Source: an uncultured Alphaproteobacteria bacterium
GTDB lineage: Bacteria; Pseudomonadota; Alphaproteobacteria; Rhizobiales; Xanthobacteraceae
Reading direction: 5' to 3'
Assembly: GCA_963757565.1 (NCBI GenBank)
Contig: CAVWSB010000006.1
Span: forward strand, 661,301-725,300
DNA length: 64,000 nucleotides
This document shows positions 9,871-19,399 of the stretch, piece by piece (position 1 is the first letter of the stretch; every line of letters starts with the position of its first letter). The notes under the pieces were generated by a model. That model did not search any database. It had not been told where the DNA came from and saw only the letters and a list, made by a program, of their open reading frames with translations. The position numbers were made by a program, and so were the translations under genes.

Positions 9871-10878
9871 TCAATCCAACTTGATACCGGCGGTGCGCAA
9901 GATCGGCGACCACCGTTCGTGTTCGCGCTGAAGCAGCGCGGTGAACGCCTCTGGCGTCGATGCGGTGGGCCGCATGCTGGCGTGCTCCAGCGCGGCATGA
10001 TACTCGCGATTGGAAAGTAACGTACCGACTGCTTTCGAAAGCGCATGCACGATCTCCGCCGGCGTCTCACGTGGCGCGACCATCCCCATCCACAACTCGG
10101 TGATCGCACCCGCGAAGCCGGCTTCGGAAACAGTCGGCATGTCTGGAAGCACGCTTTCACGCCGTCCTGCCAATGCGACGAATCCCTTGATCTTGCCCGC
10201 GGCGATGTGCGGGGCCAGCAAGGTTGGACCGTCCACCATGATGTGAACATCCCCGCGCAGCAAAGCCTGCAGCGCGTCCGGCCCAGAGCGGAACGGAATG
10301 AACGTTGCCTTCAGGCCGGTCTCGCGCATGAGCAAAATTGCCGCGATGTGCGGCGGCGAGCCGTTGGCGGGAACGCCGATCATGAAGCGGTCTGGCTCGG
10401 CTTGCGTCTCAGCGACCAGCTCGGCGAGCGTGGTGGCACGGATAGACGCGTGACCTACTAGGATCGACGCGCTCTCGGCCAACGTCGAGATCGGCGCGAG
10501 GTCACGCCGCGGGTCATAGGAGAGCTTGCTGTAGAGATAGCTGTTGTAGACCGTCTGGGAGATAGTCGCGAGCGCCAGCGTGTACCCGTCTGGCGGGCTT
10601 CCGATCAGCGACTGGATCGCCACGATGCCGCCGGCGCCGGGCTTGTTCTCTATGATGACCGGCTGCCCAAGTTCCTTCGAGAGCGCATCCGCGGCAAGGC
10701 GCACGAGCGTATCCGGCACCGAGCCCGGTGCCCCTCCGACGATGACCTTGATGGTTCGTAGCGGCCAGGCGGCGGCTAGTGCAAATTGCGGCGCAGAGAG
10801 ATCGGCGGCGGAAGCCGCAAGCAGGCCCATGAGCGTTTTCCGGCGAGTCAGTCCGTGTCGCATCGCTGCCTCCATCAT
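9871..10878 (-). CDS. Bug/TctC-family tripartite tricarboxylate transporter substrate-binding protein
   Basis: ORF 9871..11142 trimmed to M89 (alternative start at 10863, MRHGLTRRKTL). Signal peptide and IENKPGAGG motif. Divergent from a LysR gene. Confidence 0.85.
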   Translation of the reverse strand: MMEAAMRHGLTRRKTLMGLLAASAADLSAPQFALAAAWPLRTIKVIVGGAPGSVPDTLVRLAADALSKELGQPVIIENKPGAGGIVAIQSLIGSPPDGYTLALATISQTVYNSYLYSKLSYDPRRDLAPISTLAESASILVGHASIRATTLAELVAETQAEPDRFMIGVPANGSPPHIAAILLMRETGLKATFIPFRSGPDALQALLRGDVHIMVDGPTLLAPHIAAGKIKGFVALAGRRESVLPDMPTVSEAGFAGAITELWMGMVAPRETPAEIVHALSKAVGTLLSNREYHAALEHASMRPTASTPEAFTALLQREHERWSPILRTAGIKLD

Positions 10879-10993
10879 TCGCGATGCCCCCACGATCAAC
10901 CCGCAGTAGCTCCCGAGAAAGCCCACAGTCGGAACTTGATTGTTTCCATTTTGCGAACAATAGTCGGCCCCTCGTTTCTTGCTGAGCGATCCG

Positions 10994-11899
10994 ATGGACA
11001 AGCTGCGCGCGATCAAGTTCTTCTGCAGCGTTGCTGAAGCCAAGTCGTTTGTGGCAGCGGCGCACAATCTCGATGTTCGTCCATCCGTTCTTTCCAAGGT
11101 CATCGCGACGCTTGAGCGCGATATCGACTTCCGCTTGTTCAACCGGACGACTCGCCGCGTGTCCCTGACCGAAAACGGCGCGCACTACTACGACCGCTGC
11201 AAGCGCGTTATCGCCGACCTGGAGCAGGCGGAGGTCCTGACGCGCGATGCTCATGCGCGTCCGATCGGCAAGCTGATGGCTGGCCTGCATCCGGCAATCA
11301 ATCGCACGCTGATGTGCTGCGTCGACCGCTTCCTCACGACGTTCCCGGACATTCTCGTCGAGACCACGCTGTCAGGCAGCGCGGCGACACTGATCGAAGA
11401 CAAGCTCGACGTACTGATAACAATCGGAACGCCATCCAATTCCAGTTACGGCACGCAGAAGCTTGGCATAGCGGATTTCGTGCTTGTCGCCTCGCCCGAA
11501 TACCTGCTCGCTCACGGCGAGCCCAGAACACCGGCAGATCTTGGCGAACATCAAATCTTGATGTCTGCCCGCCGCGACGGACCCTCTTATGCGCGTTGGC
11601 AACTCACACGCGGCAGCAGCTCGGAAACCGTCTTCGTCGTCCCGCGTGTCATCAGCCGCGAAGGCGTCCACATGCATGAGGCATGTCTCAACGGTGCGGG
11701 CATCTGCCGTCTGCTCGACTTCTCAGTCGGCGATAATCTGCGACGGCGCTACCTCAAGCGAGTCCTGCCGGACTGGCAGGTCGGCCGCACACCGGTGCAC
11801 GCACTCTATCCAAGCAGCAAGCACGTCCCCGCCCGCGCCCAGGCGTTCGTCGGCTTCATCCGCACGATGATCCGCGAGGCAAGCGGAACGGCGCGCTGA
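10994..11899 (+). CDS. LysR family transcriptional regulator
   Basis: MDKLRAIKFFCSVAEAKSFVAAAHNLDVRPSVLSKVIATLERDIDFRLFNRTTRRVSLTENG is a LysR wHTH, followed by a substrate-binding domain. Confidence 0.9.
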   Translation: MDKLRAIKFFCSVAEAKSFVAAAHNLDVRPSVLSKVIATLERDIDFRLFNRTTRRVSLTENGAHYYDRCKRVIADLEQAEVLTRDAHARPIGKLMAGLHPAINRTLMCCVDRFLTTFPDILVETTLSGSAATLIEDKLDVLITIGTPSNSSYGTQKLGIADFVLVASPEYLLAHGEPRTPADLGEHQILMSARRDGPSYARWQLTRGSSSETVFVVPRVISREGVHMHEACLNGAGICRLLDFSVGDNLRRRYLKRVLPDWQVGRTPVHALYPSSKHVPARAQAFVGFIRTMIREASGTAR

Positions 11900-12004
11900 T
11901 GAGTGCCAGCCCGAGAAACTAGTTCGCCCGCAAGTTTTTCGCCGATGTCAAAATGGGAGGTTCCCGGCCGTCATAGGATCGCAACCAACGAATGGAGCGA
12001 CCCC

Positions 12005-12475
12005 GTGAACGCGAACGACCTGTTTGCCGCCTCCCCCGACCTCATGAAGAAGTGGGCCACCGTATCCGTGGCCGCCGCTTCGAGCCTCGAGCCGGCCCTC
12101 ATCCTGCTCGTTGAAATCCGCGCCTCACAGATCAACGGCTGTGCCAATTGCATCAACATGCACACCGAGGAGGCGCGGGCGAAAGGCGAGACCAACCAGC
12201 GCATCGACCTGCTGGCGGCATGGCGCGAGGCGCCTTGCTATTCGGACCGCGAACGCGCCGCGCTCGGCTGGACCGAGGCGCTAACGCGGCTCTGCGAAGG
12301 TCAACCGCACGATCGCGCGTACGAAGACCTGAACGCGCACTTCACCAAGGAGGAGCAGGTGAAGCTCACCGTCATGATCAACGTCATCAACGGCTGGAAC
12401 CGGATTTCGGTCGGCTTCGGCATGTTCATCCAGCCGGCGGCCGCGAAGTCCGCCGCCGCCAGAGCCGCCGCGTAG
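12005..12475 (+). CDS. carboxymuconolactone decarboxylase (AhpD-like) family protein
   Basis: ORF 11903..12475 trimmed to the GTG at 12005, with GGAG 7 nt upstream. CxxC motif in EIRASQINGCANCINMHT. About 156 aa, the usual size for the family. Confidence 0.8.
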   Translation: MNANDLFAASPDLMKKWATVSVAAASSLEPALILLVEIRASQINGCANCINMHTEEARAKGETNQRIDLLAAWREAPCYSDRERAALGWTEALTRLCEGQPHDRAYEDLNAHFTKEEQVKLTVMINVINGWNRISVGFGMFIQPAAAKSAAARAAA

Positions 12476-12551
12476 CGGGCGGCCTGAAGCCGATTGACCC
12501 GCACGCGCGGCTCCCGTTTGATCCCGGCGAACCCCTTTCGCCGGGATCGTC

Positions 12552-13600
12552 ATGGACAGCGCCCTCGAACCGCCGCCAGCGATCGAACTTGCCGCACCGG
12601 ACGATGCCGGTACGCTCGGCATCTTCCATCTCAAGCGCTACTGGTCGCGCACGATGCTGACGCGGCAAGGCCGTTCTGGTCCGCCGAGCATCCGCGAGCG
12701 CCATCTCGACTATCTGGTGGTTCACGCCACCGGCCTGGGGTTGGAGCAGACCACGCGTTATCTCGGTCACGAGGGGCCGAGCTTCGAGGAATTCGAGCGC
12801 TGGATCATGGCCACGACCGGCGGAGTTGATGCGACGCGCGTTGCGCGCATCAATGCCGCAGTCGCCGGCACCGACTATCCCGACGAGATCAAGCGTGAGA
12901 TTACCGCCGTCGAGGCGAGCGCTCCGGTGCTGTCGGATGACCACCTCGCGTTCTGGAACGAGCACGGCTACGTGGTCTTGCTTGATGCGGTTCCTGCAGA
13001 GTGCTGCGATGCCGCCGCACGGGCGCTGTGGGAGCATCTGGATGCCTCGCCCGACGATCCCGAAAGCTGGTACCGCCGCCGCAACCAGGGGATCATGGTG
13101 CAATATTTCCAGCACCCTGCCTTCGAGGCCAATCGCCGCGCGCCGCGCATTCGCAAGGCCTTCGCGCAACTCTGGGGCACGGCGGATCTGTGGGTGACGA
13201 CCGATCGTGTCGGCTTCAATGTGCCGGAGCGTCCGGGATGGCAATTCCCAGGCCCGACCTGCATTGGGACATCAGCCTGAAGACCCCGATTCCGCTCGGC
13301 ACCGCGGGCATCCTCTATCTGACCGACACGCCGCCCGAACAGGGTGCGTTCACGCTGGTGCCAGGCTTTCATCACCGCGTGGAAGATTGGCTAGCGAGCC
13401 TTCCGGCGGGCGCCGACCCGCGCCGGGAGGATTTGCATGCCCTCGGATCGCAGGCGATCGGCGGACGCGCGGGCGATCTCGTCATCTGGAATCAGGCGCT
13501 GCCACACGGCAGCCGCCCCAACCGCGGCACGCGACCGCGCCTGGTTCAGTACATCGCGATGTTTCCAACGCAGTGGGACGAGCAGGACGAGTGGATCTGA
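12552..13600 (+). pseudogene. phytanoyl-CoA dioxygenase (PhyH)-family protein, 1-nt frameshift near 13251-13256
   Basis: ORF 12552..13280 (...NVPERPGWQFPGP) continues as (P)DLHWDISLKTPIPLGTAGILYLTDTPPEQGAFTLVPGFHHR...WNQALPHGSRPN in the frame of ORF 13001..13600. One extra C in GGCCCGAC restores 349 aa. Confidence 0.7.
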
Positions 13601-13737
13601 GCCCCGTGAGCCACGCAGACGCGCTTTCGATCGCCCGTTAACCCCGCAGCCGGCGAGCTCCGTTCGCCGAGCGTTCCCGATGGGAAAGGTGAAGGTCGTG
13701 AGAAGCCGTCGCCGATTCAATTCAAATCAATCGCGCC

Positions 13738-15339
13738 TCAAAGCGCCACCGCATAGCCATCGCGGCGCGGATCGGCGGCGCCGGTCATCACGCCGGTCGC
13801 CGGATCGACGGCGACCGCCTGCATGCCGCCGACCTTCATGGTCCAGTCGCCGAACGATTGCGCGTCGTGTCCGCGGTTTTTCAACTCCGCGACAACACCG
13901 GGCGCGACGCGGCCCTCCACCTGCACCAGCGTGCCATCGGACAGCCGCGCGCGCGGCGCCTCGATGGCGTCTTGCAGCGGCAGGCCGAAATCGACGTGCT
14001 GCACGTAAGCCTGCACCTGCGTCTGCAGGATGCCGTAGCTGCCAGGCGTGCCGAGCGCGAGCACCGGCACGCCGTCGCGCGTCGCAAGCGTCGGCGCCAT
14101 GCAGATCGGCAGCTCCGCACCCGGTGCGGTGCGGTTCGGGCTCTTCGGATTGACCTCGGTCCAGTAGAGGAAATTGTTGAGGCACATGCCGGTGCCGGGC
14201 ACGACGACGCCGCTGCCGAACGGGCTGCCGAGACTTTGCGTCAGGCAAATGAGGTTGCCTTCGCGGTCGCCGATCGAAAACGACGTGGTGTGGCCGGGAT
14301 CCTCGCCGCCTGCCGGCGGCTCCATCCATTGCTCGGTCGGCCCCGAGACCGGGCGGCCATCGCGCACACGCGCACGCAGTGTCTCGACGTGCTCTTCGTC
14401 GAGCAGCCGTGCGAGCGTCTGCGGGTCGGGATTGTTGTTGCTGATGCGAACGCCGGCGGCGAGGCGCACCGCGCGATAGACGATGTCGAGATGATCCGCG
14501 CCGTTGCGTTCGAGCGCGCCGAGGTCGAAGCCTTCCAGGATGCGCAAGGTGAGCAGGAACTGGAATCCCTCGCAGGCCGGGGGCGGCACATGCACGATGC
14601 GACCGCGATACGTGACAGCGATCGGATCCTTCCATTTCGGCGCGACCTGTTCGAGATCGCTCATCGCCATGTAGCCGCCGAGCTTTTGCAGGTGCGCGAC
14701 AATCGCATGTCCGAGTTCGCCGCCGTAGAGCAGTTGCGGCCCTTGCGCGGCGAGCCGCTCGAACGTGCCGGCAAGCTCGGGCTGCGCGAGCACGCGCCCG
14801 GCCTCGGCCTTGTTGCCGCCGCGCAGGTAGTTGCGGGTGAATTCGCCGCCGAGCGCAGGATGGCTCTGGATCGCGGGCGCATGTTCGTTGGTTTCGTCGA
14901 CATTGAACTCGACCAGCGGAAAACCGTCACGCGCAAGCGCTGTCGCCGGCGCCAGCGCATCGCCGAGCGACTTCCTGCCGTGTGCGCGGACCAGTTCGGC
15001 CCAACCTGCGAGGTTACCCGGCACGCCGACCGAAAGCGGTCCGCGCGCCAGATCCTCACGCTTGCCGAAGCGCTCGGCCGGAAAACTCGCCGGCACGCGC
15101 GGCACGAAGTCGAGCACCCTGACGCGCTTCTCCGCCGCGATCCAGCAGGTCGCAAGGCCCGCACCCGCGAGCCCCGACATGTAGGGCTCGACCACATTGA
15201 GCGCGGCGGCGGTCGCGGCCGCAGCATCGAACGCATTGCCGCCATCGCTGAGCATCCGCGCGCCCGCCTGCGCCGCGAGCGGATGCGCCGCAGCAACGAC
15301 ACCCTTGGTCGATGAAATGGTCGGCCGGCGTCCGTGCAT
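13738..15339 (-). CDS. ggt: gamma-glutamyltransferase family protein
   Basis: ORF trimmed to MHGRRPTISSTKGVVAAAHPLAAQAG. Autoprocessing/nucleophile region GEDPGHTTSFSIGD and C-terminal GAADPRRDGYA. Confidence 0.9.
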   Translation of the reverse strand: MHGRRPTISSTKGVVAAAHPLAAQAGARMLSDGGNAFDAAAATAAALNVVEPYMSGLAGAGLATCWIAAEKRVRVLDFVPRVPASFPAERFGKREDLARGPLSVGVPGNLAGWAELVRAHGRKSLGDALAPATALARDGFPLVEFNVDETNEHAPAIQSHPALGGEFTRNYLRGGNKAEAGRVLAQPELAGTFERLAAQGPQLLYGGELGHAIVAHLQKLGGYMAMSDLEQVAPKWKDPIAVTYRGRIVHVPPPACEGFQFLLTLRILEGFDLGALERNGADHLDIVYRAVRLAAGVRISNNNPDPQTLARLLDEEHVETLRARVRDGRPVSGPTEQWMEPPAGGEDPGHTTSFSIGDREGNLICLTQSLGSPFGSGVVVPGTGMCLNNFLYWTEVNPKSPNRTAPGAELPICMAPTLATRDGVPVLALGTPGSYGILQTQVQAYVQHVDFGLPLQDAIEAPRARLSDGTLVQVEGRVAPGVVAELKNRGHDAQSFGDWTMKVGGMQAVAVDPATGVMTGAADPRRDGYAVAL

Positions 15340-15403
15340 GGATTGTCCCGCGTTATCGTTGAAGTGCAGCCTGCGGCTTCGCCTTGCGCGCCGCAAGACG
15401 CGA

Positions 15404-15859
15404 TCAGCCGAGCGCGTCCTGATCCGCCTTCATGGCGATGCGCAGCGGCTTCGGGATCGGGCGCGCGCGCCCGCCCGAAATGAACGCAACGCGCACGCTC
15501 GCTTCGCATAGCACCTCGCCGGCGCGGACGCATTGCTGCTTGAGCGTGATGGAGGCGCCCTTCACCTCTTCGGGCATGGTGACGATCTCGAGCACGTCAT
15601 CCATTCGCGCGGGTTTGAGCCAGTCGATCGCCATCGAGCGCACCACGAACGCGAAGCCCGGCGCTTCCTTCTCGGTCGCCTCGAACAGCGCACGGTGATC
15701 GGCGCCGATGAGGCGCAGATAGTTGGTCCGCCCGCGCTCCATGTAGCGCAGGTAATTCGCGTGATAGACGATGCCGGTGAAATCGGTGTCTTCGTAATAG
15801 ACGCGCACGGGCATCGTGTGACGCCCGTCGCGCAGGTCGCCGTTGAGCGGATCGGTCAT
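15404..15859 (-). CDS. ybgC: tol-pal-associated acyl-CoA thioesterase YbgC (4HBT family)
   Basis: 151-aa ORF with VRVYYEDTDFTGIVYHANYLRYMERGRTNYLR, the hotdog thioesterase signature. Lies downstream of ruvB-NUDIX, as ybgC usually does. Confidence 0.85.
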   Translation of the reverse strand: MTDPLNGDLRDGRHTMPVRVYYEDTDFTGIVYHANYLRYMERGRTNYLRLIGADHRALFEATEKEAPGFAFVVRSMAIDWLKPARMDDVLEIVTMPEEVKGASITLKQQCVRAGEVLCEASVRVAFISGGRARPIPKPLRIAMKADQDALG

Positions 15860-15868
15860 CCGGATTTT

Positions 15869-16285
15869 TTAGCGTGGCGGGGCGGTGCCGTCGAGCCGCA
15901 CAAGCGGCAGCACGTGATCGCGCGTCAGCGGCGCGAGAGGAAGATCCGGCGGCGCCGCGGGATCAATCCAGCACAGTTCGTCGATCTCGGCCCGCGCCGC
16001 GATCGTCCCGGTGACGTCGACCGCGTACACGGCCGCGTTGACCTGCCGATCCGGCTCGTTTGCCGCGACACAATCGAAGATGCCGAGTGGAGACACCGAA
16101 TTCGGCACAACGCCGCAACCCAGTTCTTCGTCAAGTTCGCGCACGAGTGCGGTCACATCGTCCTCGCCCGGCTCGCGCTTGCCGCCGGGCTGCATGAACG
16201 CCGCGGTGCCGCGCTTGCGCACCAGCAGCACGCGGCCCTCCCGATCGCGGATCAGCGCAGCCACGATACGGATCGGGTCGCTCAT
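15869..16285 (-). CDS. NUDIX hydrolase
   Basis: [56 protein letters not shown] carries the Nudix box GGKx5Ex7RELxEE. Its ATG overlaps the ruvB stop (ATGA at 16282-16285). Confidence 0.8.
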   Translation of the reverse strand: MSDPIRIVAALIRDREGRVLLVRKRGTAAFMQPGGKREPGEDDVTALVRELDEELGCGVVPNSVSPLGIFDCVAANEPDRQVNAAVYAVDVTGTIAARAEIDELCWIDPAAPPDLPLAPLTRDHVLPLVRLDGTAPPR

Positions 16286-17326
16286 GCGTCGTCGCCGTTG
16301 AACAATCCGAACTGCCCCGGATCGCGTTGCGGCTCGGTCAGTCCGAGATGACGGAACGCGTGACCGGTGAGCAGGCGCCCGCGCGGCGTGCGCTGCAGGA
16401 AGCCTTGCTGGATGAGATACGGCTCGATGATCTCCTCGATCGCATCGCGCGGCTCGGAGAGCGCAGCCGCAATGGTCTCGACGCCGACCGGCCCGCCGCC
16501 ATAGTTGTTGCGCGATCACCGAGAGATAGCGGCGGTCCATCGCGTCCATGCCGGCCGCATCGACCTCAAGTGCGAGCAGCGCCTTGTCGGCGACCGCTCG
16601 GTCGATCGCAGCCGCACCGGCCACATGCGCGAAATCGCGCACGCGCTTGAGCAGCCGACCTGCGATGCGCGGCGTGCCGCGCGCGCGACGCGCGATCTCG
16701 TCGGCGCCGTCCGGCGTGACCGCAATGCCGAGCACGCGCGCGCCACGATTGACGATCAGCTCCAGTTCCTCGCGGGTGTAGAAATTCAGCCGCACCGGAA
16801 TGCCGAAGCGGTCGCGCAGCGGCGTGGTGAGCAGGCCCGCGCGCGTCGTCGCACCGACCAGCGTGAACTTCGCCAGATCGATCTTGACCGATCGCGCCGC
16901 CGGCCCCTCGCCGATGATGAGGTCGAGCTGGAAGTCCTCCATCGCGGGATAGAGGATTTCCTCGACCGCCGGATTGAGCCGGTGGATCTCGTCGATGAAC
17001 AGCACATCGCGGTCTTCGAGGTTCGTCAGCAGCGCCGCGAGGTCGCCGGCCTTGGCGATCACCGGACCGGAAGTGGCGCGAAAGTTCACACCGAGCTCGC
17101 GCGAGACGATCTGCGCGAGCGTGGTCTTGCCCAGCCCCGGCGGTCCGACGAACAGCACATGATCGAGCGCTTCCTTGCGCGACTTCGCGGCCTCGATGAA
17201 CACCGAGAGGTTCGCGCGCGCCTGTTGTTGGCCGACGAATTCGGAGAGACGCTGCGGACGCAGCGAAGCCTCCGCGTCGTCGTCGCGGCGCTCGGGTGTG
17301 ACGAGGCGGCGGGGCTGCGTCGTCAC
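16282..17326 (-). pseudogene. ruvB: Holliday junction helicase RuvB, 1-nt frameshift near 16504-16512
   Basis: The GTG at 17326 overlaps the ruvA stop. Walker [12 protein letters not shown] is present. After ...[11 protein letters not shown] the conserved tail [47 protein letters not shown]...FNGDDA* continues in another frame. Removing one nt in CAACAAC gives 347 aa. Confidence 0.9.
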
Positions 17327-17940
17327 TTCGCCAACTCCTTCAGCCCGAGCCGAATGAGCTGCGCAGTCTCCGCCCCCTCCCCTGCGCCGCGCGCGGCCGC
17401 AGCAATCGCGGCAGCGGCCTGCGGCTGGCCGTAGCCGAGATTGACCAACGCCGAGACCGCGTCCGCCACCGGCTGCGGCGCGCGCCGCTCCTCGACCTGA
17501 CCCGCAAGCCGCACCACCGCGGGATCGAGGTCGGCGTATTTCGGCGCCTTGTCCTTCAACTCCGTGACGACGCGCTCGGCGACCTTCGGGCCGACGCCCG
17601 GCGTGCGCGCGACGCTCGCCTTGTCGCGCATCGCAATGGCGCTTGCGAGGTCGGCGGGCCTGAGCGTCGAGAGGATCGCGAGCGCGACCTTGGTGCCGAC
17701 GCCCTGCACGGTTTGCAGAAGCTTGAACCACTCGCGCTCGATGTCGCTCTGGAAACCGAACAGGCGGATCTGATCCTCGCGGACATGGGTCTCGATCGCG
17801 AGCGACACGGGATCGCCATGCGGCGGCAGCGCTTGCAGCGTGCGCGCCGAGCAATGCACCACATAGCCGACGCCGTTCACGTCGACGATGATGTGATCCT
17901 CGCCATAGCTGTCGATGATGCCCTTGAGCTTGCCGATCAT
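17323..17940 (-). CDS. ruvA: Holliday junction DNA helicase RuvA
   Basis: 205-aa [34 protein letters not shown]... with HhH motifs. Sits between ruvC and ruvB with overlapping stop/start codons. Confidence 0.95.
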   Translation of the reverse strand: MIGKLKGIIDSYGEDHIIVDVNGVGYVVHCSARTLQALPPHGDPVSLAIETHVREDQIRLFGFQSDIEREWFKLLQTVQGVGTKVALAILSTLRPADLASAIAMRDKASVARTPGVGPKVAERVVTELKDKAPKYADLDPAVVRLAGQVEERRAPQPVADAVSALVNLGYGQPQAAAAIAAAARGAGEGAETAQLIRLGLKELAK

Positions 17941-18443
17941 CGCATCGCCGCCCTGAGCAGCGCGCTCGCGCGATGGTGTGCGTGCGTCACCGCGATGGCG
18001 AGCGCGTCGGCGGCATCCTCGGATTGCGGATCGGCCTTCGGCAGCAGCACGCCGACCATCAACCTGATCTGCGCCTTCTCGGCATGACCTGCGCCGACGA
18101 TGGTTTTCTTCACCAGATTCGGCGCGTATTCGGCGACGCTCAGGCCTGCCTTGGCGGGCACCAGCATCGCGATGCCCCGCGCCTGTCCGAGTTTCAGCGT
18201 CGCGACCGCGTCGCGGTTCACGAATGTCGTCTCCACGGCCGCTTCGTCGGGCTGAAAGTCCGCGACGATGCGCGCAAGCCCGTCATGGATCGTCACCAGC
18301 CGCTCGGCGAGCGAGAGCTTGTCGTTCGTCTCGACTGACCCGCACGCCAGGTAGATCAGCCGGTTGCCCTCGCAACCGATCATCCCCCAGCCGGTGCGGC
18401 GCAGCCCCGGGTCGATGCCAAGAATGCGAATCGCCTGTCCCAT
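17937..18443 (-). CDS. ruvC: crossover junction endodeoxyribonuclease RuvC
   Basis: ORF 17937..18464 trimmed to [20 protein letters not shown], the RuvC N-terminal catalytic motif. Confidence 0.9.
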   Translation of the reverse strand: MGQAIRILGIDPGLRRTGWGMIGCEGNRLIYLACGSVETNDKLSLAERLVTIHDGLARIVADFQPDEAAVETTFVNRDAVATLKLGQARGIAMLVPAKAGLSVAEYAPNLVKKTIVGAGHAEKAQIRLMVGVLLPKADPQSEDAADALAIAVTHAHHRASALLRAAMR

Positions 18444-18511
18444 CGCGCCCCGTTGATAGCGCAAGTGACCCGCCCCTGTTAGACAAGCGCACGAATTCCC
18501 CGCCGGGTTTC

Positions 18512-19291
18512 ATGATCGACCTTCCCGACCTGCCGACGCTGTCGGCCGCGCTCTCCGACCGCCGCTTCATCGCCGCCGTGGTGATCGCGGCGCTGTCCGG
18601 GTTCGTGCGCGGCTTCTCGGGGTTCGGCTCGGCGCTGGTCTACATCCCGCTGATTTCGGCGGTGTACGAGCCGCGCATCGCCGCACCGACACTCTTGCTG
18701 ATCGACCTGATCGGCAGCGCGCCGTTCACGGTCCGCGAACTGCCGCGCTGCAACTGGCGCGAGGTCGGCCCGGTCACGACCGCCGCCGCACTCGCGGTCC
18801 CGCTCGGCGTCATGGCGCTGGTCCTGATCGATCCGATCGTGCTGCGCTGGTTCATCGCCGCGCTTGTGCTCAGCCTGCTCGCAATGTTGGTATCGGGCTG
18901 GCGCTATCACGGCGCGCCGACGCTGCCGGTTTCGGTCGGCGTCGGACTGTTCGCGGGCTTCGGCAGCGGCGCGGTGCAGATCGCCGGCCCCGCCGTGATC
19001 GTGTTCTGGCTCGGCGGCGCGAACGCCGCCGTCACGGTGCGCGCCAACCTGATGGTGTTCTTCCTGCTGATGGATTTCATCACCGGCGTCGCCTACGTCG
19101 TGCAGGGCATCCTCAAGCCCGATGTGATCGCGCTCGCGGTCCTGCTCGGCGTGCCGTTCATCGCGGCGATGTGGATCGGCGCGCGCTGGTTTCACGGCGC
19201 CTCCGAGGTCGCGTACCGCCGCGCCGCTTATGCGATCATCGTGGTATCGGCGATCGTCAGTCTGCCACTGTGGGACGGGTGGCTGAGGTAG
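18512..19291 (+). CDS. TauE/SafE family sulfite/anion exporter
   Basis: ORF 18224..19291 trimmed to MIDLPDL at 18512. Polytopic membrane protein with SGFVRGFSGFGSALVYIP and a second GFGSGAVQIAGP repeat. Confidence 0.85.
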   Translation: MIDLPDLPTLSAALSDRRFIAAVVIAALSGFVRGFSGFGSALVYIPLISAVYEPRIAAPTLLLIDLIGSAPFTVRELPRCNWREVGPVTTAAALAVPLGVMALVLIDPIVLRWFIAALVLSLLAMLVSGWRYHGAPTLPVSVGVGLFAGFGSGAVQIAGPAVIVFWLGGANAAVTVRANLMVFFLLMDFITGVAYVVQGILKPDVIALAVLLGVPFIAAMWIGARWFHGASEVAYRRAAYAIIVVSAIVSLPLWDGWLR

Positions 19292-19296
19292 TGCCG

Positions 19297-19399
19297 CCGT
19301 CATCCTGAGGCGTCCGGCGAAGCCGGGCCTGGAAGGATGGTCGCACGCCGTCGCCCTTCGAGGCTCGCCGCAAGCGCGTCTCCCACCTCAGGGTGACGG
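19297..19399. repeat. REP/MITE-like palindromic intergenic element, family A
   Basis: CCGTCATCCTGAGG...CCTGGAAGGATG...GCCCTTCGAGGCTCGCCG...CACCTCAGGGTGACGG exactly fills the gap between the convergent TauE and yebC stops. A second, inverted copy lies at 21632-21762. Confidence 0.7.

Noticed and set aside
15869-17854. 661-aa ORF that looks like a giant fusion protein
   Set aside because: It is a read-through chimera. It combines an out-of-frame stretch over ruvA, genuine RuvB up to the frameshift at about 16508, out-of-frame RuvB tail, and then the in-frame NUDIX gene. I split it into ruvB (frameshifted) and the NUDIX CDS.
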